64,000 bases of DNA, taken from positions 90,857-154,856 of the forward strand of contig DATDOV010000100.1 of the NCBI GenBank assembly GCA_035293105.1, in the 5' to 3' direction. Source of the stretch: Blastocatellia bacterium (GTDB taxonomy: Bacteria > Acidobacteriota > Blastocatellia > UBA7656). Of this stretch, positions 36,871-46,240 are shown piece after piece (within the stretch, counting starts at the first letter, position 1; each line of letters begins with the position of its first letter). A program made the translations under genes and the position numbers. Below the pieces are notes generated by a model. That model did no database searches, was not told where the DNA came from, and worked only from the letters and a program-made list of their open reading frames with translations.

Positions 36871-38577
36871 CTACTTTATGAACGAGCGAAGCTCCTCGAT
36901 TCGCTTGCCCAACTCGACCGGTGAGAGATGACGGTATGCTTCTGGAATCATCTCGCGCGAAGTAGCCTCGCGCGCCGCAACCAGGATCTGATACTCGACC
37001 GCGATCTCGTCACGCGCAGGACTGAACTCGTTAGCCACCCGCTCGACGTCCTCTTGAGTGACAACCGTGCGGCCAGCGGTCCGGCTCAGGCGGCGCGACC
37101 GGATCAGCATCGACTCGATGTCGGCGCCTGAGAGCGTGATTTCATTGCGAGTGATCGGCGACCAGTCGGTCACTTCGTGGGCGATCTTGTTCTTGCGGAG
37201 CATCGCGTCGACGATCGCCGCCCGGTCCCCTTCGGAATCGGGATAAAAGAGCGAGATGTGTTCTTCGGCCCGCCCTTGCCGCTTCAAGTCGATCGGCAGC
37301 AGATCGGGCCTGCTCGTCATCAGAATCCAGAGAACCCGTCCGCGGTTCCGCGTATCGCCCATTGCCCCGGCGAGCTTCGAGAATATCCGCGCATCGACGC
37401 CCGAGTCGCCTCCGCTCTCGCGCGACCCCAGCGTCGCGTCCGCTTCGTCGACCAGCACCACGATGGGGGCAAGCGTCTGCACCAGGTTGAGTATCTTTTC
37501 GAGGTTCGCCTCGCTCGACCCGACCCACCGCTCGCGAAAGTTCTTGAACGCGACGACGTTCAGCCCGCAATCGTGCGCGAAGCACTCGGCGAGAAAAGTC
37601 TTGCCGGTCCCGACCGGACCCGATATCAGAATGCCCATCGGCGCTTCTTCAACCAAACCATCGCGGATCGTTCTGGCGATGATTTCGAGAAACTCCTTCG
37701 CCTTAGCCATCCCGCCTACGGAATCCAGACCGAAGCGGGGTTGGACGAATTCAACGAGGCCGACGCACTCGGTTTCGATCAACTCCTTTTTTTTCTGCCG
37801 AATCTTGTCGAGCGTCAGTCCGTCTTTTTCGGCAGCCGCGCTCCGGAGCAGTGAGTTGAGGTGCACGCGGTTGAGCCCCGAGGTCATCAGCGACAGTTGC
37901 TCATCGGTCACGTCCATCTGCAGTTGTGGAAGCTGGGCCCGCACGTGCTTGATGAATTCACACCGCTCGGCGTCGTCGGGATACGGAACTTCGATCGCGA
38001 CCATCCGCGAGTTCTGACGTATGCGCGGGTGTATCTCGGCCAGGCTCTCGGCAACCAGGATGACGATATTGTCCTTCTTGAGCAGCCGCGAGCTGGTAAT
38101 CCATCGCTGGATAGCGACCATGTTCGTGCGATCGTCGCCCGACATATAGCTCACGTCGCCGGCGGGGATGACGGTGTCGAGGAAGTTGATGATGACCGCG
38201 ACCTGGTCCCCCGCCAACAGAAAATGCTCTATCAATGGCAGCGCGCGCGCCGGGTCTTTCGGAAGTTGCTTCATCGCGTCGCGTCCTCCGATGGGATCGG
38301 CGACCCGCAGGAGGGCAGCGAAGGCGCGCTCGGCTTCAGGCGACCCGAACTTGATGCCCTCGCTGCGATTGTAGGTGACCAGCAGTTTAGTGCCGACCAG
38401 CTCGCGTTGAAGGTAATTCAGGAGGCTGATGTACTCGGACGCCGATCGAACAAGGTCGTAGATGTTGTTGTGCAGCAGGAAGTGACTGGCCTCGCCCGCA
38501 TAATACTTGCGGGCCATCTTCGCGCCCCACCCGGGCAACTGGTCTATCTCGTCAAGTAGTAATCGCGTTCGTGACAT
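36871..38577 (-). CDS. AAA+ family ATPase
   Basis: Walker A GILISGPVGTGKTFLAE and Walker B IVVLVDEAD, with the second region of homology. N-terminal ~300 aa unknown. Confidence 0.7.
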   Translation of the reverse strand: MSRTRLLLDEIDQLPGWGAKMARKYYAGEASHFLLHNNIYDLVRSASEYISLLNYLQRELVGTKLLVTYNRSEGIKFGSPEAERAFAALLRVADPIGGRDAMKQLPKDPARALPLIEHFLLAGDQVAVIINFLDTVIPAGDVSYMSGDDRTNMVAIQRWITSSRLLKKDNIVILVAESLAEIHPRIRQNSRMVAIEVPYPDDAERCEFIKHVRAQLPQLQMDVTDEQLSLMTSGLNRVHLNSLLRSAAAEKDGLTLDKIRQKKKELIETECVGLVEFVQPRFGLDSVGGMAKAKEFLEIIARTIRDGLVEEAPMGILISGPVGTGKTFLAECFAHDCGLNVVAFKNFRERWVGSSEANLEKILNLVQTLAPIVVLVDEADATLGSRESGGDSGVDARIFSKLAGAMGDTRNRGRVLWILMTSRPDLLPIDLKRQGRAEEHISLFYPDSEGDRAAIVDAMLRKNKIAHEVTDWSPITRNEITLSGADIESMLIRSRRLSRTAGRTVVTQEDVERVANEFSPARDEIAVEYQILVAAREATSREMIPEAYRHLSPVELGKRIEELRSFIK

Positions 38578-38584
38578 AACGAAA

Positions 38585-38840
38585 GGATTTAGGAGCTAGG
38601 ATTTAGGGGCTAGTAGTTAGTAGGGGGCTAGGATCATAGAATTGATGCGCACGGCATCGTCGGCACCAATCCTCGTTGTAGGAAATCCTTGCTCACGGAG
38701 GCTCTCGATCCACGAGATTTTCCCAATCGTCCGTTGCGCCCCCCCTCGCGGCCACTAACAACCGCTCACTCCTAGCTAGATCCCAGTCCTAAATCCTAAA
38801 TCCTAAATCCTAAATCCTAAATCCCAGTTCCTAAATCCTA
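38585..38840. repeat. (CCTAAAT)n heptamer tandem repeat with an inverted (AGGATTT) arm
   Basis: 38788-38838 holds cctaaat x5-6. 38585-38635 holds aggatttagg units in opposite orientation. Both flank a ~150-bp unique segment. Confidence 0.6.
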
Positions 38841-39676
38841 TTCTGCACTATCGGGGGCCGCATGGCTTGCTGTGAACTACGTTCGGCCGCATCAAGCTGA
38901 TTCAGCACCGGGGCTGTCTCTTCCAGTATTTCCTTCGTCATCTCAATCGACGACAGCAGCGAGTCGAAATCGAGCGACGATATATGTTCGGGGCTCGGCA
39001 TTGTGATCACCTGATCGTTGACCAGCCCGAAGAAGCTCTCGATCGACTGAAGCTGGGCCTCGACTTGCTTCATCGACCGCTCGATGTCGGTGGAGGTCTG
39101 TAATCGCTTTTGAAGGAACTCCAGGTTCTTCTCGAACAGGCGCTGCGTGCTCTCATCGGAAGCCGCCGCAATGGACCGCTCGGTCTGCTGAATCTGATTC
39201 TGTATCGTCTGGCGGTTGATCGACCTCAGGTGGTTCTTTCGGCGGCGATAGGTGTCGAGAAAATCGACGTAGGACTCCCACGCGTTCTCCAGCCCCTGAA
39301 TATTGTTTGGAAGGGTCGAGATGCCGGTGACCTTCTGAAAGTTCTGATAGATCTGGTTCTTCATCCAGCGAAGGTACTCGACGGCTTCGCGCTCGCGCGG
39401 GTCGAAGGTCTTTATCAGCTCCTCCCGCCTGCGCCCCCGGTCGGCCAGTTCTCTTCGCCGCGCGCGCCGGTCAACCAGCCTCCGATAGGCGCTCGTTGCG
39501 GGTAGGGCCGCGAGGTAGAGCGTTTCGGCGGCCGCTCCAGCGGCGAGCGGCACCCACGCGAGAATACCGATGTCATTAGTGGCGGCGAGAACCGACCCGG
39601 CCAGACAGATGACGATACCCCAAATGTTCAGCGGTTCTTTGAACGCCTCTTTAACGTAGTTTGGGTTTTCAGACAT
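38831..39676 (-). CDS. PspA-associated membrane / coiled-coil protein (hypothetical)
   Basis: Two N-terminal TM helices then a coiled coil. Located directly downstream of pspA. Confidence 0.5.
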   Translation of the reverse strand: MSENPNYVKEAFKEPLNIWGIVICLAGSVLAATNDIGILAWVPLAAGAAAETLYLAALPATSAYRRLVDRRARRRELADRGRRREELIKTFDPREREAVEYLRWMKNQIYQNFQKVTGISTLPNNIQGLENAWESYVDFLDTYRRRKNHLRSINRQTIQNQIQQTERSIAAASDESTQRLFEKNLEFLQKRLQTSTDIERSMKQVEAQLQSIESFFGLVNDQVITMPSPEHISSLDFDSLLSSIEMTKEILEETAPVLNQLDAAERSSQQAMRPPIVQNRI

Positions 39677-39680
39677 AGGG

Positions 39681-39808
39681 TGAATTGGGTCATTGGGTCA
39701 TTGAGTCATTGAGTCATTGAGTCATTGAGTCATTGGGTCGTTGATTCATTGGGCCATCGCTTCATTGTTTCATCAGATTCACTGGCTCAATGACCCAATG
39801 ACTCAATC
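39681..39808. repeat. (GTCATTGR)n octamer tandem repeat (~11 units) plus downstream inverted partial copy
   Basis: gggtcattgggtcattgagtcattgagtcattgagtcattgagtcattgggtcgttgattcattggg... with inverted ctcaatgacccaatgactcaatcc at 39786-39808. It abuts the start codon (39674-39676) of 38831..39676. Confidence 0.65.
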
Positions 39809-39811
39809 CCT

Positions 39812-40573
39812 TCATTCCAGCGCCTTGGCCTTGTCCGAGGGTCCGAGCGACTTCTCGCCCGGGCCGCTCTCGACAGCCAGAGGTGCGGGGGCGGGCGCCG
39901 CGACTTCGGGCTCGAGCCCCATCTGTTTCTTGTAGGCCGAGAGCGTATCTTCAATCTGGAAGTTGAGCGACTCGCGTTCGATGTCCTGAATCTGGGCCTC
40001 GACGCCACCGGTTGCAAGCTCCATCCGCGCTTCGGCCGACGCAGCCCGCCGCTGTATCCGCTCGCGCATCTCGCCGAAGGTGCCTGCGTCGTCTCCAATC
40101 TGAAACGACGCCATCGTCTGCGAGAGTTGCTCCTGCATCTTTGCTGCGCGGGCTTCGTTAACCAGTTGCTGGGCCTCGGCCGTGCGCTTCTTGACTTGGA
40201 GAATGTAGTTGTCGAGGAACTTCTTCGCCTGGGCCGAGGCGACGGTCGCAGTCTCGAGCTGCGCGCGGGACCGGTCAAGCGCCGTTTGTTTCTCCTGAAG
40301 CGCGGTGATGTAAGTCCGCGCGATGTCGTCCCGGTTCTGCTTGATGGAGGCCTTGACCTTTGCGTCGTAGTCAACGATCTCTCTTTCCAGCGTCGTGACT
40401 TCCTTCTGGAGCAGCTTCTCGGTTGCCATCACCTGCGCGACGTTGCTCTGCATCTGCGGGACCTTCTCGCGCATGTCGCGAATGGTCTGTTGCAGTATCA
40501 GCTCGGGGTCTTCGGCTTTCTCGATCAGTCCGCCGAATATCGCTCGGAACAGCCGCTTGAGTCTATTCCACAT
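39812..40573 (-). CDS. pspA: phage shock protein A (PspA/IM30/Vipp1 family)
   Basis: MWNRLKRLFRAIFGGLIEKAEDPELILQQTIRDMRE... is a typical PspA N-terminus, with coiled coil throughout. Start set at ATG 40573. Confidence 0.75.
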   Translation of the reverse strand: MWNRLKRLFRAIFGGLIEKAEDPELILQQTIRDMREKVPQMQSNVAQVMATEKLLQKEVTTLEREIVDYDAKVKASIKQNRDDIARTYITALQEKQTALDRSRAQLETATVASAQAKKFLDNYILQVKKRTAEAQQLVNEARAAKMQEQLSQTMASFQIGDDAGTFGEMRERIQRRAASAEARMELATGGVEAQIQDIERESLNFQIEDTLSAYKKQMGLEPEVAAPAPAPLAVESGPGEKSLGPSDKAKALE

Positions 40574-40933
40574 CTCCCCTCCTAAGGTTCCGACCCTCGG
40601 TCGACTCTCGAGAACATCAATGCCGGTGAGCGCAACTCCCGCCCAAGCATAACGAGGCGCACGGCGCGAGGCATCTAGGATTTCAAACCAGTCTATCATA
40701 CCAGCCAACTATCCAGAGTTTAAGCCGGCTTGCGACCCCGCCCGCCGCGGCACAAACCGAAAGCACCATACGTCGCTGGCGCGGGGCTTGTTCTGACGCG
40801 CCGGCAGGTCCACCGTGAAGATGCGGAGGATGTGATATGGTTGCCGACCCATTTCCGGTTTGTTATGATTGCGCGCGTTAACAACGTGAAGTGGCGTAGC
40901 ATGTTGTGCGGGGACTCGCCGGAGACTCACTCA

Positions 40934-41962
40934 TCCATGTCTAGTGGCCTACAGATTGGACCGCCCAATGCAACCGACGACTTGATGACACCGGAAGAAA
41001 TCTTCTCGCTGGTTCGAGACGACCTCCCGCTTGTTGAGCAGGAGTTCGAGCAACGAATCACCGACGCTTCTCCGGTTGTCGCTTCTGTGGCGCGCTACCT
41101 CCACGAAGGCGGCGGCAAGCGCATTCGGCCCTCGCTGCTCCTGCTTGCGTGCAGGCTCGTGAGCGGCGAAGCGCCGCCCTCCGCCATCCGGCTCGCGGCG
41201 GTGATGGAGATGCTGCACACCGCCACGCTTATGCACGACGACATAATAGATGAAGCGGGCGTCAGACGCGGACGCGAATCGGCAAACGCAAGGTGGGGAA
41301 ACGATGTAACTGTTCTCATCGGCGACTGGCTCTACATGACGGCGTTCGACATGAGCCTGCGGGAACGGAACTTCGAGATCCTCGACGCGCTTACGACGAT
41401 GACCCGGCTGATGGTCGAAGGTGAAATACTCCAACTCTCCTTGATCGGCAACAGCAGGATAACGGAGGCGCAACACCTCGAAATCGTAAGCCGCAAGACC
41501 GCCTTCATGTTCAGCACGTGTGCCGAAGTAGGCGCACTAGTCGCAGGCGCCCGACGCGACCAACAGCGGACGCTCGCGCGTTACGGCCTGTCGGTTGGGA
41601 TCGCTTTTCAACTGACCGACGACGTGCTGGATTTTGTCTCCACCGAGGCCAAACTCGGCAAGCCGGTCGCGAGCGACCTCCGCGAAGGCAAGCTCACGCT
41701 GCCTCTTATTTATCTTATGGAGGAAGGAAGCGAGGAAGACCGCTCTATGATAGAAACCGTCATGCGCGAGCGCGGTTTCGAGTCGGTGAGCCGCGAAGAG
41801 GTGCTCCGCCTTATTCACGAACGCGGCGCCCTGGAGCGCGCGCGAGTTGAGGCGCGACGTCACGCAGAGGAGGCGATCGATGCCCTCGGCATCTTCCCGC
41901 CGTCGCCATACCGCCAGGCCCTGCTGAGTGTGCCCCGGTTCATAGTCGAACGCGAAACTTAG
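40934..41962 (+). CDS. polyprenyl diphosphate synthase (trans-IPPS, IspB-like)
   Basis: FARM LHTATLMHDDIIDEAGVRRG and SARM FQLTDDVLDF. Start uncertain, between 40901 and 40985. Confidence 0.75.
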   Translation, partial: SMSSGLQIGPPNATDDLMTPEEIFSLVRDDLPLVEQEFEQRITDASPVVASVARYLHEGGGKRIRPSLLLLACRLVSGEAPPSAIRLAAVMEMLHTATLMHDDIIDEAGVRRGRESANARWGNDVTVLIGDWLYMTAFDMSLRERNFEILDALTTMTRLMVEGEILQLSLIGNSRITEAQHLEIVSRKTAFMFSTCAEVGALVAGARRDQQRTLARYGLSVGIAFQLTDDVLDFVSTEAKLGKPVASDLREGKLTLPLIYLMEEGSEEDRSMIETVMRERGFESVSREEVLRLIHERGALERARVEARRHAEEAIDALGIFPPSPYRQALLSVPRFIVERET

Positions 41963-42121
41963 GTGAATCACAGGCTATGAGTGATGGACGATGGGCCGGC
42001 CTGCCGTTTGTCATTCATCAGCTTCTCTAGCTTCTCTAATGAACTATCAGATGCTCGGCACTTATCGCTCGTCGCCCGTGTCTGATATATTTGACCCGTT
42101 CGTGCTGTTACCGGAGAGGAA

Positions 42122-44116
42122 ATGTACTGTAGTAACTGCAACGTAGAGTTTTTGGAAGGTCTTCGGTATTGCAAGTGGTGCGGCGGGCCGCTCATCGAAC
42201 GGCCGCGTGTGACCAGCGAGTTGTTGTCTTGTTCGGCATGTTTGGCGCCGGTGCAGCCTGGATGGGCTTTTTGTAAAGCATGCGGGGCGAAGCTCGCAGT
42301 AGCGCCTCCGCCTCCCCCGTCCCTCGCCGCGTGTCCGCGATGCGCCGCGCCGATCGAACGTGGCGTGCGGCGCTGCCCGAGTTGTGGCCAGGAGCTGACC
42401 CAGGAATTGGTTTCAGGCCCGGACGAGGCGACGACTCGCACTTACGCGCCGCTGCACTGTAGCTCTTGCGGCGAGACCGTCGAGTTCGGCGCCGCGTACT
42501 GCAAAGCGTGCGGTGAACCCGCTGGCGCACCTCAAGCACCCCCGACGTACACGCGAGTCTGCGCCGCGTGTCACAGTCACAACCTGCTCGGGTCGGACAC
42601 GTGCAGGATATGTGGCGCCGCTCTCCCCGATATGCCGACCGTCCCGTTTGACTCCGTTGCTCCGAGAGTTTCGGCGACGGTCGCCGAACAGCCCCGCCCA
42701 TCGGAACCGGCGCCCCGGAGATCGGGTGAGCAGCCGACGCTTGATATGTCCGCAGCGACGTTCGATCGAGGCGAGGCGCCCACGGTTGGGACGCCGATTC
42801 CCGCTTTGCCAGCCGCCTTGCACCGGGATACGGTAGCGCCCGCCGCCGGTCCGACCCCGCCGGCCGCAGCGGATACCAGCGCGCTTCCGGGAGTCGCCGG
42901 CTCAAAGGCCGAACACCAATTGCCGACCGGAGTGATCAAGAAAGCGCGTACAACCAGTCCCGTTGATGAAGAGTCCATCGAAGCCGAGTTGTCGGCTTCC
43001 GGCCCGCCTTCCGCCGACCTATTTGCTACCCGGACCGACGTCCCGATCCCGACTGAGTTTCAGCCTCAAGGTCACACGGGCAGCGACCTGATCGGCGTCA
43101 CCGAAACCGCCCAGCCTACGCCGGCTGAGATCGCTACGACGCGCGAAGTAAAGCTGGGCGAGTGGGCGGTCACCGGCGCCCAAGCAGCAACTCCGCAGCC
43201 CGCGGACCAGATCGCGGTTCCACCCACTGGCGCGCTGGCGGCTGTTCCGAAGACGAGGGTCGCCGGGGTTGTGGTGTCGATCGCCGCAGCGATCGTTGTG
43301 CTTGTCGTCTCGGCCTACCTGGTGTGGACTTTCGCCTTCTCAAAAAGCAAGTCTCAGACAGGCACAATTCAGCCGGGTCCGCCAGTGGCCGAAGCGCCGT
43401 CTGCACCCGCGCCCGGGCCGGACACCGAAGCAACGCCAACGCCGCCTGAGGGCATGGTATACGTCGCGGCCGGAACCTACATCGTGGGCAGAGACGATCG
43501 TGATCCGCTCGAGTCGCCAAAGCACAGCGTTCAGCTTTCAGCGTTCTTCATCGACAAGACCGAAGTGACTAACGCGGCTTACAAGAAGTTCGTCGATGCC
43601 ACGGGGCGTAGCGCGCCAAGCGGATGGGAAGGCGGCGTGCCGCCTCCGGGCGCCGACGACCTGCCGGTCACCGGCGTCACGTGGCAAGACGCCGCTGATT
43701 ACGCCGACTGGGTCGGCAAGCGGCTGCCTACCGAGGCTGAGTGGGAGGCGGCCGCGCGCGGGCTCGAAGGGCTCAATTATCCTTGGGGCAACCAATGGCG
43801 CAGTGACGTGGCCAATATAGGCGCGCTCGCTCGTGGAATTGACGCGGTTGGGACACACAAAGAAGGCGCGAGCCCCTCGGGTGCTTTGGACATGATCGGG
43901 AACGTGTGGGAGTGGACTGCCGATGAGTTCAGTCTGTACCCCGGCAGTAAGGCTCCGACGCCCAAGGTGATCGTGCCCGGGGCGAGCTTCCGCGTCATTA
44001 GAGGCGGCGCCTACGACGGCAAGGAGATTCACGATGCGTCATACCGCGGGTTCGTCGATGCCGCTCAGGGTTATCCAAAGACGGGATTCCGATGCGTGAA
44101 GAGCGCGCCCCGCTAG
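42122..44116 (+). CDS. zinc-ribbon / TM / FGE-sulfatase (SUMF1-like) domain protein
   Basis: Five CxxC...CxxC zinc-ribbon pairs at the N-terminus, a Pro/Ala-rich linker, a TM helix VVVSIAAAIVVLVVSAYLVW, then an FGE-sulfatase domain (VTGVTWQDAADYADWVGKRLPTEAEWEAAARG...GNVWEWTADEF...IRGGAY). Confidence 0.7.
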   Translation: MYCSNCNVEFLEGLRYCKWCGGPLIERPRVTSELLSCSACLAPVQPGWAFCKACGAKLAVAPPPPPSLAACPRCAAPIERGVRRCPSCGQELTQELVSGPDEATTRTYAPLHCSSCGETVEFGAAYCKACGEPAGAPQAPPTYTRVCAACHSHNLLGSDTCRICGAALPDMPTVPFDSVAPRVSATVAEQPRPSEPAPRRSGEQPTLDMSAATFDRGEAPTVGTPIPALPAALHRDTVAPAAGPTPPAAADTSALPGVAGSKAEHQLPTGVIKKARTTSPVDEESIEAELSASGPPSADLFATRTDVPIPTEFQPQGHTGSDLIGVTETAQPTPAEIATTREVKLGEWAVTGAQAATPQPADQIAVPPTGALAAVPKTRVAGVVVSIAAAIVVLVVSAYLVWTFAFSKSKSQTGTIQPGPPVAEAPSAPAPGPDTEATPTPPEGMVYVAAGTYIVGRDDRDPLESPKHSVQLSAFFIDKTEVTNAAYKKFVDATGRSAPSGWEGGVPPPGADDLPVTGVTWQDAADYADWVGKRLPTEAEWEAAARGLEGLNYPWGNQWRSDVANIGALARGIDAVGTHKEGASPSGALDMIGNVWEWTADEFSLYPGSKAPTPKVIVPGASFRVIRGGAYDGKEIHDASYRGFVDAAQGYPKTGFRCVKSAPR

Positions 44117-44175
44117 CCGAACGAAAACGTGAATAGGGGAAGATTGATCTTCTCCCCGGTTGCATCCCTGCCAAT

Positions 44176-45471
44176 ATGCGCTTGAGCCAGAAGCTTGGAG
44201 CCCTGTGCGCGGTCGCAGCAGCCGCGCCGATCGTCGCTGTATCGGTTCTGGTGCACTACCAGGTGTCTTCCTCATGGCGAGACCAGGTTGACCAGCGGCT
44301 CCAGAGCGACGCTCGCGCTGCTGAAGCCATCTACGAGCGGAGGCTCAGCGAATTGGTTTCGGCGGTCCAGCGGCTGGCTGAGGAAGTCGGCGAGAAAGCC
44401 GTCGTCAGCAGCACGCGCACCGAGAGGGAGGGCAGCAGCGCCCTTGCCCGGCTTCAGGACATGCTCCCCCGGGCCCAAAACGAGATGGGGCTCGATTTCG
44501 TGCTCATCACCGATCCGTCAGGCCGCGTCATCGCGCGAAACAACGACAAGCCCGCGGCCGGCGAAACCGTGATGGGTCCGAACGACAAGAACCCTATAGC
44601 CGAGCGAGTGATCGGCGAAAGCTCACAGCGGCGTAACTCGCCCGCGGCGGCTTGCGTCGTCGAAAGTGGCGACAGGCTCACGCGGATGGGGCTGGATTTG
44701 GTCGCCCAAGTGAAGAGGCCGGATGGCACAAGCGTGGACGGGGCGCTGATGCTGGAAGCCGGGGCGCCGGTAATCGCCGGCGGTAAGTTCGTCGGAGTCG
44801 TGCTCGCCGGTCAAATGCTCAACAACCTGTTCAAGATGAGGCCCGGCGCCTCTCACCTGCAAGCGCCCCTGGTCGCCGATATACGACAGTCGTTGTTTCG
44901 CGACTCAGACCCCAATTCCAACTCGAATTCGATCGAAGACGGAGGCGCTGTCATTGCTCTCGGCGACACCATAATTTCGTCGAGCGTGCCGCCGTCCGGT
45001 TCGGCGAGCGAGGTGGCGCTCAGGGGGCTCCGCCGCGATCCGGCGAGCTCGCTGGAAATCCTGCAAGATCAGGGTCGAGCGTACTCGCTTGCGTGGCGGC
45101 CGATCAGGTCGCTTGAGGGCGGCGCGATCGGAGCCGTCGGCATTGCCGTTCCGACGGAAGACCTCGCCGGTCCTATCCCCCCGCTGGACACGGCACTGCT
45201 GGTGACTGGGTTGATCGCACTTGTCCTGGCGGGCGCGGCAGGATTCGTATTCGGCCGCGCATTGGGAACACGTCTCTCGTGGTTGGCGGACGCGGCCAAT
45301 CGCATGAGTCTTGGGGAACTCACAACCCCGGTTGTCGACCCGACGGTGCCGCAACCAACTCGAGGGCTTCTGAACTTTCTCGTCCGCGATGAGGTCACCC
45401 GCCTCGCGGATCAGCTCGAGCAGTTGCGCGACAGCTTCAGAGGTGCGATCGAGCGAATGCGAAAGCGGTGA
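44176..45471 (+). CDS. membrane protein with periplasmic sensor-like domain (hypothetical)
   Basis: N-terminal signal anchor, a ~330-aa periplasmic region, a second TM LLVTGLIALVLAGAAGFVFG, and a short cytoplasmic tail. Confidence 0.5.
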   Translation: MRLSQKLGALCAVAAAAPIVAVSVLVHYQVSSSWRDQVDQRLQSDARAAEAIYERRLSELVSAVQRLAEEVGEKAVVSSTRTEREGSSALARLQDMLPRAQNEMGLDFVLITDPSGRVIARNNDKPAAGETVMGPNDKNPIAERVIGESSQRRNSPAAACVVESGDRLTRMGLDLVAQVKRPDGTSVDGALMLEAGAPVIAGGKFVGVVLAGQMLNNLFKMRPGASHLQAPLVADIRQSLFRDSDPNSNSNSIEDGGAVIALGDTIISSSVPPSGSASEVALRGLRRDPASSLEILQDQGRAYSLAWRPIRSLEGGAIGAVGIAVPTEDLAGPIPPLDTALLVTGLIALVLAGAAGFVFGRALGTRLSWLADAANRMSLGELTTPVVDPTVPQPTRGLLNFLVRDEVTRLADQLEQLRDSFRGAIERMRKR

Positions 45472-45686
45472 CCGACCTTGGAGCGCGGCGACGTGGCCCC
45501 GCTTTGGTAGTCCCTTCAAATGCGGCCGTCTCCGATGACCTTGTCGCGCTCATGCCGCTCTACCTTGAAGCGTCAGCCTGGACATCTGGACTACCACAGC
45601 GGCGCGCGCCTTGCTCCTCGATGCCCTCTCGCTTGTATAATTGCGGCTCGATCCAACCTTACTTCGGAATCCGAACGGAGGTTCTT

Positions 45687-46124
45687 ATGAAGAACAAACT
45701 CGTGCCGCTTGGCGTGATCTTGGGAATCGCTGTTGCGGCAACACTCGGCCTGACGGGTGTCTCAGCGTCGGGGCAGGGAACCGCGCAAGCCGAGAAACCA
45801 AAACCGGCCCCTACAGCCAAACCGAAGCCCCGGCCCAAGAAAAAAGTCCAGGCGATGCGCGGCGTGCCCAAGGGTGTTGGCGCGTGTTTGGATCATCTGG
45901 TCCAAATGGCGTCCGCTGATCCGCTGATCGACTACGCCGGTCATCCGGAGGAAATCGTCAACAATGGTTTGCTCTGGAACAACCCAAAATCCAGGTGCTC
46001 GATAGGCAGCGACGCGGCCCTCAGGAAGAAGGTCCTGGATATGGCCGCCGCCTGGCGCCGAAAGGACTCTGCGTCCGTTCGCTCGCTTTTGGCGGAGATC
46101 AAGGGCGCGGCGCCACAAAAGTAG
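45687..46124 (+). CDS. small secreted Lys/Pro-rich protein (hypothetical)
   Basis: Start MKNKLVPLGVILGIAVAA with a GGAGG RBS. The longer ORF from 45468 lacks an RBS. Confidence 0.45.
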   Translation: MKNKLVPLGVILGIAVAATLGLTGVSASGQGTAQAEKPKPAPTAKPKPRPKKKVQAMRGVPKGVGACLDHLVQMASADPLIDYAGHPEEIVNNGLLWNNPKSRCSIGSDAALRKKVLDMAAAWRRKDSASVRSLLAEIKGAAPQK

Positions 46125-46240
46125 TTCCGCCTGATAGTGCCGGTTCGGACCGGTCCTTGACCGTGGTGTCGAGCGTGCCTCAGCAGCGATCACTCGATTC
46201 GACTGTCGTCGGGCAGCCGTGTTTGTCAAAATAGGATCGA

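Noticed and set aside
38788-38838. Possible CRISPR array at the heptamer repeats
   Set aside because: The repeat unit is 7 nt with no spacers. The units are contiguous and there are no cas genes, so this is a microsatellite-type tandem repeat.
45468-45686. N-terminal 73-aa extension of ORF 45468..46124
   Set aside because: It lacks an RBS, is Arg/Pro-rich and overlaps the end of the previous gene. The internal ATG at 45687 has a GGAGG RBS and begins a proper signal peptide.
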